Program-made: the position numbers and the translations under genes | In this document: positions 9,505 through 16,861 of the stretch, one piece after another | Layout: the number at the start of each line of letters is the position of its first letter | How positions within the stretch are numbered: position 1 is the stretch's first letter | The notes under the pieces: model-generated | Told to the model about the DNA's origin: nothing | What the model saw: only the letters and a program-made list of their open reading frames with translations | Database searches by the model: none | From: Candidatus Electronema halotolerans | GTDB lineage: Bacteria > Desulfobacterota > Desulfobulbia > Desulfobulbales > Desulfobulbaceae | Length of the DNA: 32,000 nt | Reading direction: 5' to 3' | NCBI GenBank assembly: GCA_942493095.1 | Contig: OW818675.1 | Location: forward strand, 1,290,001 to 1,322,000

Positions 9505-9597
9505 CAGAAGCAGCTTCCCAACCTTGTAAGTTGGGACAAGGAACGTCCCGATAAAACCGGAAGATGGATTCAGAGGGACAACTTACGGGACAAACGC

Positions 9598-9975
9598 ACG
9601 GCCCAATTCAACAGACGAACCGCAGCCTCCTTGAACCGCAGCTCTCCGTTCGTTGCAAGAACGTCTTCGCTTAAAAAGAGGAGCAGCCCTTTCTTGAAAA
9701 GCAGTCGTGAGTTTTTAAAGAGCACCTTCCAGCTTTTTAAGTTGGGCCGTCTTCTCAAGAGGTGGACAAGCCCTCTTTAAAAGGGGAGAGATCAACTTTA
9801 CAAAAGAAGCAGTCCGTTCGTTGAGAGCAGCCTTCCTCTTTTTAAGAGAGGAAGCGCGTTCGTTAAGAGGAGCTGTCCGAGAAAGAAATGCAACTCTCGT
9901 TTCAAAAAAAGAACAGTCCCTTTTTTCGAGAGGACTTGAGCGCGCAAAAGAAGGAAGCAGCGCAGACAAAAAAGA
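9598..9975. repeat. About 18 tandem degenerate 21-bp repeats with a T-tract/A-tract pseudo-palindromic core
   Basis: I aligned the region by hand in 21-nt rows from 9598. Column 1 is A in 16/18 rows, column 20 is G in 17/18 rows, columns 10-14 are T-rich and columns 15-19 are A-rich. TTCGTT recurs at 9649, 9817 and 9859, spacings of 168 and 42 nt (8x21 and 2x21). Confidence 0.85.
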
Positions 9976-9982
9976 GAATTAA

Positions 9983-10229
9983 ATGAAATGCGCAATCTGT
10001 GTCGGCGGAAGAACTGAAAAAAAACTTTTCAACCGTGCTGCTGGAAAAAGATGAAATGATATTGCTTTTTAAGCAGGTTCCTTCAGAGATTTGTGAGAAT
10101 TGCGGAGAAGAATATATTTCATCTGAAGTGAACAGAATGCTGCTCCGCCATGCAAGAGAAGAGCTGAATCGAAATGTCTCTCTTGAGATGCTGAATTTCT
10201 CTCCCAGAGAATCTATGAAATCAGCTTGA
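9983..10229 (+). pseudogene. YgiT-type zinc-ribbon (MqsA N-terminal-like) antitoxin-like gene, frameshifted in an A8 tract
   Basis: The ATG at 9983 gives MKCAICVGGRTEKK in frame 2. The rest (NFSTVLLEKDEMILLFKQVPSEICENCGEEY...) is in frame 3. The switch point is the A8 run at 10017-10024. Removing one A gives an 81-aa CxxC...CxxC protein. Confidence 0.6.
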
Positions 10230-10257
10230 CAGAATATAGGGAAATTTTCGTGATGCT

Positions 10258-10509
10258 ATGAACTGCCCGAAAGTGCGCTCAGTCAAGGCGGCTGACAATC
10301 ACATCCTGATCGTTGAGTTTGATAATAACAAAAAGAGACAGTATGACGTAAGTCTGTTGCTGGACAAGGAGATGTTTGCGCCATTAAAAAATACCGCTCT
10401 GTTCAAGGCCGTCCGAGTGGAGCAGGGAGGCTGGGCTGTTGCTTGGAATGATGACATCGACCTCAGCGAATTTGAGCTGTGGAGCAAAGGAAAAGAAGTA
10501 GTCTGCTGA
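10258..10509 (+). CDS. DUF2442-domain protein
   Basis: The 83-aa sequence VKAADNHILIVEFDNNKKRQYDVSLLLDKEMFAPLKNTALFKAVRVEQGGWAVAWNDDIDLSEFELW fits the DUF2442 pattern. Confidence 0.75.
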   Translation: MNCPKVRSVKAADNHILIVEFDNNKKRQYDVSLLLDKEMFAPLKNTALFKAVRVEQGGWAVAWNDDIDLSEFELWSKGKEVVC

Positions 10510-10724
10510 ACAGATTAAAGGCCATGACATGTTTTGAAGATTTGACCGGCTTTCAGGAAACAGGAGCAGAATAGGTTCGCCGGAATTTTATTGTCGAAGA
10601 AACAAAGCTGATCTTCAAAGCACGATTGACAGTTATCTTTATCCGTTTAAAGACGGAAGAAAGATTGTCAGTATTTTGAAATCGTTTATTGACTACAGCA
10701 AATAGCTTTAGCAAAGAGGTGATC

Positions 10725-10958
10725 ATGGCACTTAATCAAGAAGTGAAAAATCTTTCCTGCACAGGTTCAGTCTTGAGCAATGTGCAGATGGAGCTTATCA
10801 AGTTGTATGCAACAAACTTGAATAACAATGAGCTGATGGAGCTGAAAAGCATCTTGGCTGATCATTTCAGTCGAAAAGCAATTGATGAAGCTGACAAAAT
10901 ATGGATGCAGAAGGATATGTCAACACAGACAATGGACGACTGGCTGAATGAAGAATAA
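10725..10958 (+). CDS. Putative antitoxin partner of the downstream PIN toxin
   Basis: This 77-aa ORF has an AGAGG RBS before the ATG at 10725. It overlaps the PIN gene start by 11 nt. The family was not recognised. Confidence 0.55.
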   Translation: MALNQEVKNLSCTGSVLSNVQMELIKLYATNLNNNELMELKSILADHFSRKAIDEADKIWMQKDMSTQTMDDWLNEE

Positions 10959-11370
10959 GCTGCGCCTTGTCATTGACACAAATGTGCTGCTGGTCTCAAT
11001 ATCCAGCAAATCACAGTATCATTGGCTGTTTCAGGCTTTGCTGAATCAGGAGTTTGAACTGGCCTTCACAACGGAAATACTCGAAGAATACGAAGAGATT
11101 ATTGCATCAAAATACTCTGTTTCTGTTGCTCGCAACGTTATACGGACGATACTGCTGCTTCCGAATGCAATCAGAACAGTTGTTTACTACAATTGGAATC
11201 TGATTTCCATCGATGAAGATGACAACAAATTTTCAGACTGCGCTGTGTCCGCAAATGCGCATGCGATAGTCACGCACGACAGACACTTTGATATGCTGAA
11301 GGATATTTCGTTCCCAACTGTGAACGTGGTTACGATCCATGAATTGAAAAAACTGTTGGACAAGGATTGA
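10948..11370 (+). CDS. PIN-domain ribonuclease toxin (TIGR00305-like PIN family)
   Basis: The N-terminal LVIDTNVLLVSISS supplies the first acidic PIN residue, and ILEEYEEI and VTHDRHF motifs follow. The 140-aa size and the overlap with the upstream small ORF also fit. Confidence 0.85.
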   Translation: MKNKLRLVIDTNVLLVSISSKSQYHWLFQALLNQEFELAFTTEILEEYEEIIASKYSVSVARNVIRTILLLPNAIRTVVYYNWNLISIDEDDNKFSDCAVSANAHAIVTHDRHFDMLKDISFPTVNVVTIHELKKLLDKD

Positions 11371-11415
11371 TCAACACTCATTTCCTTATTATCAAAACAA
11401 AAGGAGCATATTGTC

Positions 11416-12204
11416 ATGAAGAAAAAAACAATGCTGTTCGGTCTGCTGGCCATGCTGGTTTCCACTTCGGCCTTTGCCGCTGATCCCAGCGTGGATGAAA
11501 TCGTCAGCAAAGCCAACTTGGCAGCCTATTATGGCGGCGATGACGGCAGGGCTGAGGTCAATATGACGATCAAGGACAGCCAAGGACGGGAGCGGACGCG
11601 GGAATTCATCATCCTGCGCAAGGACAAGGAGGACGGCGGCCAGCAATTCTTCTATGTCTATTTTAAGAAGCCCAGCGATGTCAGCAAAATGGTCTTCATG
11701 GTCCATAAATACACGGACAAGGACGATGACCGCTGGATGTATCTGCCTGCCTTGGACTTGGTCAAGCGGATTGCCGCCTCAGACAAGCGCACCTCCTTTG
11801 TTGGCAGCAATTTCATGTACGAGGATGTATCTGGCCGGAATCTGAACGAGGACACGCATGAGCTGGTGAAAAGCGATGGCAAGTATTATGTGGTCAAAAA
11901 CACGCCGAAAAAGCCGGGCGAGGTCGAGTTCTCTTCCTATACTGTGGAGATCGACAAAAAGACCTTCCTGCCGGTGAAAGCGGTTTATCTGGACAAGAAC
12001 GGCAAGGAATACCGGATTGTCGAGGCCGTGAAAACAGCCGTGGTTGACGGCATTCCGACTGTCACCGAATCCAAGGTCACGGACATCGCCGCAGGCAGCT
12101 CCACCGTGTCCAAGTTCACCAATATCAAGTACAATATTGGCTTGCAGGAAGACATTTTCACAGAACGCTACCTGCGCCGCCCGCCCCGCGAAGTGCGGCG
12201 GTGA
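11416..12204 (+). CDS. LolA-like outer-membrane lipoprotein-sorting family protein (secreted)
   Basis: A signal peptide MKKKTMLFGLLAMLVSTSAFA is present. The motif DRWMYLPALDLVKRIAASDKRTSFVGSNFMYEDV is characteristic of the LolA_like / DUF1329-type family. An AAAAGGAG RBS precedes the start. Confidence 0.85.
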   Translation: MKKKTMLFGLLAMLVSTSAFAADPSVDEIVSKANLAAYYGGDDGRAEVNMTIKDSQGRERTREFIILRKDKEDGGQQFFYVYFKKPSDVSKMVFMVHKYTDKDDDRWMYLPALDLVKRIAASDKRTSFVGSNFMYEDVSGRNLNEDTHELVKSDGKYYVVKNTPKKPGEVEFSSYTVEIDKKTFLPVKAVYLDKNGKEYRIVEAVKTAVVDGIPTVTESKVTDIAAGSSTVSKFTNIKYNIGLQEDIFTERYLRRPPREVRR

Positions 12205-12268
12205 AAGGCAGCCTTTGGGACGGCTGAAGCGGGCCGTCCCGAAAAAAACAATCCATCAGGAGCAGATC

Positions 12269-13555
12269 ATGAACAAGAAAATTGCCGCCGCCCTGCTGCT
12301 CTGCTCATTGCCGTCTGCTGCTGCATGGGCGGCTGACGAGGAGCAGACCTCTATTGCCGACCGGCTCTACGACAAGTACGGCATTGAAATGCTTGGTTTT
12401 GCCGAAAGCCGCATCGGCGCACGTCTCGTTGATGATGCGGACGAGGACACCTTGAGCCTTGGCGAAGCCCGTCTTCAGCTTCGCTTGAACAAAGATTTTG
12501 AGTCGTTTTTTGTCCAGTTCAAAGGCGACCTGCTCGCTGACGCGGTCACAGCGGAAGGAGACGCGGACATCCGCGAGATGAGCGCTTCATTCCGGCCTGC
12601 GGACTGGGCTGATGTCAAAGTGGGCCGGATGGTCTCCACGTGGGGCACGGGCGACATGATTTTCATCAACGACATGTTTCCCAAGGACTGGGAGTCCTTT
12701 TTCATTGGCCGGGATGACGAGTACCTGAAGCAGGCTTCCAATGTCCTCAAGTCGAGTTTTTTCCTCAATGACTGGAGCTTGGATGTGGTTTACACACCGC
12801 TCTTTCAGGGATCAGAGTACATTGACGGCGAGCGGCTTTCCTATTTCAATCCGGCGGCTGGCAAAATTGTCGGCGAGAGCATGGTGATGGAGGACAGCGA
12901 GCCGAACAGCTGGTTCAAGGACGATGAGCTGGCCCTGCGCCTCTCGCATCGCTTTGATCAGGTCGAGGCGGCCCTGTACGGCTACATGGGTTTCTGGCAG
13001 GAGCCGGAAGGCATGGACCCGGCATCTGGCAAGGCAGCCTATCCGCCGCTCAATGTCTGGGGTGCGTCGGCCCGTTCGCCCATGCTCGGCGGCATTGGCA
13101 ATGCTGAGTTTGGTTATTATGATTCCACGGACGACGAGGGCGGCGGCAATCCTTACGTCCGGCCTTCAGAGTTCCGCTTTTTGGCTGGCTTTGAGCGCGA
13201 GCTGGCCCATGAGCTGACCGGCAGCGTGCAGTATTATCTGGAGGTTATTGACGGCTATGATGACTATGAGCAGACCGTGCCTGCGGGCATGGCGGCGCGG
13301 GATGAATACCGGCACCTGCTGACCCTGCGCCTGACCAAGCTGCTCATGAACCAGAATTTGATTCTCTCGCTCTTTGCCTATTATTCGCCCTCGGACAATG
13401 ACGGCTACCTGCGGCCCAAGGCAAAGTACAAATTGAGCGACCACTGGCAGATCGACGGCGGCCTGAATCTGTTCTTCGGCGAAGAGGAGCACACCTTCTG
13501 GGGCCGCTTCCAAGACAACACCAACGCCTATATTGGCCTGCGTTATTCCTTCTAA
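12269..13555 (+). CDS. Outer-membrane beta-barrel protein (unassigned family)
   Basis: I chose the ATG at 12269, which has a CAGGAG RBS and a signal peptide MNKKIAAALLLCSLPSAAAWA. The sequence shows an alternating amphipathic pattern. The C-terminus YIGLRYSF ends in Phe, as is typical of OMPs. The track start at 12044 overlaps the upstream gene. Confidence 0.75.
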   Translation: MNKKIAAALLLCSLPSAAAWAADEEQTSIADRLYDKYGIEMLGFAESRIGARLVDDADEDTLSLGEARLQLRLNKDFESFFVQFKGDLLADAVTAEGDADIREMSASFRPADWADVKVGRMVSTWGTGDMIFINDMFPKDWESFFIGRDDEYLKQASNVLKSSFFLNDWSLDVVYTPLFQGSEYIDGERLSYFNPAAGKIVGESMVMEDSEPNSWFKDDELALRLSHRFDQVEAALYGYMGFWQEPEGMDPASGKAAYPPLNVWGASARSPMLGGIGNAEFGYYDSTDDEGGGNPYVRPSEFRFLAGFERELAHELTGSVQYYLEVIDGYDDYEQTVPAGMAARDEYRHLLTLRLTKLLMNQNLILSLFAYYSPSDNDGYLRPKAKYKLSDHWQIDGGLNLFFGEEEHTFWGRFQDNTNAYIGLRYSF

Positions 13556-13580
13556 AAACTCTATTTACGGAGACTGCATC

Positions 13581-13832
13581 ATGATTGTTACCGACTGGAT
13601 TCACACCCTCGCTGGCACCTTCATCATCATCGGCCTGACCTTGGGCTATGACTGCAATGGCGGCAATCCGCTCTTTATCCATCATTACTTCCTCTTCCTG
13701 TCGCTTTTTGTCGGTTTAAACCTCTTCCAGTTCGGCTTCAGCAAGTTCTGTCCGCTCGGCATCATCTTGAAAAAGCTGGGCGTGCCGGAAACACGGGACA
13801 AGTGCAAGACAGGCTCAGGCTGCTGCGGATAA
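13581..13832 (+). CDS. DUF2892 (YgaP-like transmembrane domain) protein
   Basis: 83 aa with two TM helices and the FSKFCPLGIILKKLGV motif. An ACGGAG RBS precedes the ATG at 13581. Confidence 0.7.
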   Translation: MIVTDWIHTLAGTFIIIGLTLGYDCNGGNPLFIHHYFLFLSLFVGLNLFQFGFSKFCPLGIILKKLGVPETRDKCKTGSGCCG

Positions 13833-13865
13833 GGAGCAGAGAATTTAGGAATCTTCTGAGCAAGA

Positions 13866-15497
13866 TCAGGAGATTCCTGTTGCAGAGGGCCAGCGTCTGC
13901 CGCAGCCGAATGCTTTGCTCGTCACCTTCAGGCCGAGCGGTGCCTGCTTGCGCTTGTGCTCGTTGCGAATGACGCGGCGGATGATGCCCTGCACCACAGC
14001 CCGGTCAAAGCCTTGGGCAACAATCTCTTCTGCGCTGCAATGCTCTTCAAGATACGCAGCCAAAATCGGGTCCAGCACCTCATAAGGCGGCAGATCGTCC
14101 TGATCCGTCTGCTCCGGCTTCAGCTCCGCAGTGGGCGGGCGGCTGATGATCCGCTCTGGAATCACTGCGCCGCTGCGGTTCATCCAGCGGGCCAGTTCAT
14201 AGACCATCACCTTGGGCACGTCAGCAAGCGCGGCCAAGCCGCCGCTCATGTCGCCGTACAGGGTGCAGTAGCCCACCGCCATTTCTGACTTGTTGCCAGT
14301 GCTCAGAAGCAACCTGCCAAACTTATTCGACAAAGCCATGAGCAGATTGCCGCGAATGCGGGCCTGAATATTTTGTTCGGTCAGGTCTTCCGGCAGCCCG
14401 GCAAAAAGCGGGGCCAGCATCTGCTGATACGATTTCATTGCTTCAGCTATCGGGATGACCTCAAAGCCGCAGCCGAGATTGCGGCTCAAGGCCTGTGCGT
14501 CGTCAATGCTCATCTGCGCGGTGTAGGGCGATGGCAGGGCCACACAGAGGACGTTCTCCGGGCCAAGGGCCTGCGCTGCCAAGACCGCTGTCACGGCTGA
14601 ATCAATGCCGCCGGACAGGCCGATCACCGCCTTGCTGAAGCCGGTCTTGCCCAAGTAGTCGCGCAGGCCGAGGACAAGGGCAGCTTCAACCTGAGCAATC
14701 GAGTCCTCCGGCGCGGCGCAGATAGTACTGTTCTGCTGCAAGTCTGCTGAGTCAATCAGCAGCATGTCTTCGACAAATCCCGCCGCAGCAGCGCAGATAT
14801 TTCCCTTGCAGTTGACAGCTGCGGAATGGCCGTCAAAGATGAGGGAATCCTGTCCGCCGACCTGATTGACATAGAGCAAAGGCAGCTTGTGCCGCTGGCA
14901 GAGTTTGCTGAAGAGCAGCCTGCGCTCGCCGAGCTTGCCGTGATGATAGGGCGAGGCGGAAATGTTGATCAGCAGGTCCGCCTGTGCGCCGTTGCGGAGC
15001 AGGGCTGCGACCGGATCATGACTGTACGAGCCGCAGGAGCCGGGCCAGATGTCCTCGCAGACTGTCAGGCCGAGATGCAGGCCCTTGAAAAGCACGGGCA
15101 GCGACGGGCCGCCCGGCTCAAAATAGCGGCTCTCGTCAAAGACATCATAAGTGGGCAGGAGCTGCTTGCGCACCCGCTGCACAACCTTGCCCTGATGGAT
15201 GAGCAAGGCCGAGTTGTGGAGCGGCTTGCCTGGACCCTGCCGCTGCTCAACCACACCGACCACCACCCCAGTTTCGCCGACAGCACCAATCAGTTTGTCC
15301 AAGGCCTGATCATGGGCCTGAAGGAAATCGCGCCGTTCAAGCAGGTCTTGGGGCGGATAGCCGCACAGGGCCAGCTCCGGGAAAATGGCTAGGGCGCAGC
15401 CTGTCTGCCCGGCCTGCCGGAGACGGTCAAGCAGCAGGCCAAGGTTGCGCGTGAAATCACCGATGAGCGGGTTGGTTTGAATGAGGGCAATTTTCAT
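13866..15497 (-). CDS. nadE: Glutamine-dependent NAD+ synthetase (CN-hydrolase domain plus NAD synthase domain)
   Basis: 543 aa. The N-terminal nitrilase-type domain reads MKIALIQTNP...FPELALCGYPPQDL...VCEDIW. The C-terminal PP-loop GLSGGIDSAV is also present. Confidence 0.92.
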   Translation of the reverse strand: MKIALIQTNPLIGDFTRNLGLLLDRLRQAGQTGCALAIFPELALCGYPPQDLLERRDFLQAHDQALDKLIGAVGETGVVVGVVEQRQGPGKPLHNSALLIHQGKVVQRVRKQLLPTYDVFDESRYFEPGGPSLPVLFKGLHLGLTVCEDIWPGSCGSYSHDPVAALLRNGAQADLLINISASPYHHGKLGERRLLFSKLCQRHKLPLLYVNQVGGQDSLIFDGHSAAVNCKGNICAAAAGFVEDMLLIDSADLQQNSTICAAPEDSIAQVEAALVLGLRDYLGKTGFSKAVIGLSGGIDSAVTAVLAAQALGPENVLCVALPSPYTAQMSIDDAQALSRNLGCGFEVIPIAEAMKSYQQMLAPLFAGLPEDLTEQNIQARIRGNLLMALSNKFGRLLLSTGNKSEMAVGYCTLYGDMSGGLAALADVPKVMVYELARWMNRSGAVIPERIISRPPTAELKPEQTDQDDLPPYEVLDPILAAYLEEHCSAEEIVAQGFDRAVVQGIIRRVIRNEHKRKQAPLGLKVTSKAFGCGRRWPSATGIS

Positions 15498-15566
15498 CTT
15501 GCTGGCAAGAAATATATGGAAACAGAAGGGATTGCGGTCTGATTTCAGATTTCAAGATGCGGTTAT

Positions 15567-15602
15567 AAAAAAAGCGGAAGCATCAAAAAGATGCCCCCGC
15601 TT
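15567..15602 (-). terminator. Rho-independent terminator of the Cys-rich protein gene
   Basis: The minus strand reads AAGCGGGGGCATC-TTTTT-GATGCTTCCGCTT followed by TTTTTTTAT. This lies about 27 nt after the stop at 15629. Confidence 0.6.
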
Positions 15603-15628
15603 GAGTGTGCCGCTGTATGGCTGTGAGT

Positions 15629-16861
15629 TTACTCTTGAATGCCCAGAGCCTGAACAGTTTCCTGCGTCAGCGTGCCACCCACGGCAAGACCGCGAGCCTG
15701 CTGGAAGGCGCGGACAGCCTGTCTGGTCTGCTCGCCCATCACGCCGTCAACTGGGCCAGGATCAAAGCCTTCCTGCTGGAGGGCGATCTGCACCCTTCTG
15801 ACATCCTGCGCCGCCTGGTTGTAATCACAGTGCCACTCTCTATGCCACTCGAGGAACGGCTCGCAGACCTGAACCTGCTGGGAAACGCATTGGGTCGTTG
15901 CCTGGCCACCCTCGCACAGCTCCTTGAAGGCCGGCACTGAGCAGGTCACCGGTGCTGTCTCAGCAGAAACAGGAACCTTCCGCACTTTGCCTGGACTGCA
16001 AACCTCGACAATCACCGGAACTTTCTCATACACAGGCGCTGTTGTCACCTCAACCGTGCGCTCTTCGCATTGCGGTTTAGGCAGATGCGGCGTGACGCAC
16101 TGCTCCACATCATAAGAGCAGGTTGTGTATTTTTTCTTGTGACCAAAGGAGCACTGCTGGTTTTTGCCTGAACAGGTGTATCCGGTTATCCAGTCGAATT
16201 CAGGCCCTTCTGTCTCGCGGCAGACATCTGTGCAGTCCCAGCAGGTGGATTTTTTCCTGTACAGATGATCCCATTCCGATTTAACCTGCACTTTCACTTT
16301 GTTTGCAGTCTCTTTGTGCGGCATTCCATAGGGTTCCTCGTATCCGACCTTCATCGAATCTGTTGTGGTCCGATAGGCTGCGGGAACTTCCTGCTCTTCA
16401 CAAGTGCGATAAGTGATTGTTTTGGTTTCTGGTTCCTTCACGAGTTTATACGTCCAGCCAACCCGCTTGTCTTTACAGTGAACCGTTCTTTTAAGACCGT
16501 AACATTTCTCCCGGACTGTCTTATTGGCAGTCACTGTCTTGTCACCGTCCTGCTCCACACGCGGCTCAGGACAGGAGGTGCCTGTTTCCACTTTGTTACA
16601 GACAGTTTTGAATTGTCCGGGATGAATGCACTGCGACCAGCATTCGCCTGTCTTAATCTGTGGATAACAGCCTTCAGGGGGACATTCGGGCTGCTTGCAC
16701 ACCGGCGGCGGCGTGGTCGGCTGTGAACACTCGCCATTCGGCCCAACCGTGCAGGTCTCGCACTGTTCTTGCTGCTGCTGTTGTTGCGCATAGGCAGAAC
16801 CGGCGGCAAAGCCGACCAGTGCCAAAATGATGCTTCCAACCGCAACCTTTCTTCTCTTCAT
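15629..16861 (-). CDS. Secreted cysteine-rich protein with a C-terminal peptidoglycan-binding (PG_binding_1) domain
   Basis: An AAGGAG RBS lies 7 nt before the ATG at 16861. The signal peptide is MKRRKVAVGSIILALVGFAAGSAYA, followed by a Q6 run. I counted about 27 Cys in roughly 310 residues. The C-terminus VRRVQIALQQEGFDPGPVDGVMGEQTRQAVRAFQQARGL is a PG_binding_1 signature. Confidence 0.8.
   Translation of the reverse strand: MKRRKVAVGSIILALVGFAAGSAYAQQQQQQEQCETCTVGPNGECSQPTTPPPVCKQPECPPEGCYPQIKTGECWSQCIHPGQFKTVCNKVETGTSCPEPRVEQDGDKTVTANKTVREKCYGLKRTVHCKDKRVGWTYKLVKEPETKTITYRTCEEQEVPAAYRTTTDSMKVGYEEPYGMPHKETANKVKVQVKSEWDHLYRKKSTCWDCTDVCRETEGPEFDWITGYTCSGKNQQCSFGHKKKYTTCSYDVEQCVTPHLPKPQCEERTVEVTTAPVYEKVPVIVEVCSPGKVRKVPVSAETAPVTCSVPAFKELCEGGQATTQCVSQQVQVCEPFLEWHREWHCDYNQAAQDVRRVQIALQQEGFDPGPVDGVMGEQTRQAVRAFQQARGLAVGGTLTQETVQALGIQE

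Noticed and set aside
9505-9780. Possible stop-codon read-through of the ATPase/Toprim gene into an in-frame heptad tail ([S/T]SPF[L/V]KR).
   Set aside because: The frame is open for only 91 codons before a TAA. A further TGA follows at 9937. The same heptads appear on the opposite strand, and there is no read-through context evidence. I kept it only as a note inside the repeat finding.
9570-9995. Three overlapping minus-strand ORFs (62, 84 and 65 aa) with Leu/Lys-rich heptads.
   Set aside because: They are in three different frames across one 21-bp repeat array. The heptad appearance is a by-product of the 21-nt period and appears on both strands. None has an RBS, so I treat them as a repeat rather than as genes.
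12217-12240. An 8-bp perfect hairpin (GGGACGGC/GCCGTCCC) between the LolA-like and barrel genes, considered as a terminator.
   Set aside because: It is followed by an A-run rather than a U-run on the coding strand. It is more likely an intra-operon stabilising or processing stem-loop, so I did not call it a terminator.
12044-12268. The upstream start at 12044 for the beta-barrel ORF, which would add 75 aa.
   Set aside because: The extension overlaps the 3' end of the LolA-like gene in another frame and is Pro/Ser/Arg-rich. The ATG at 12269 has a good RBS and is followed immediately by a signal peptide.
15629-16861. A multihaem c-type cytochrome interpretation of the Cys-rich protein.
   Set aside because: No CxxCH motif is present. 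The two CxxC motifs are followed by Thr, not His.
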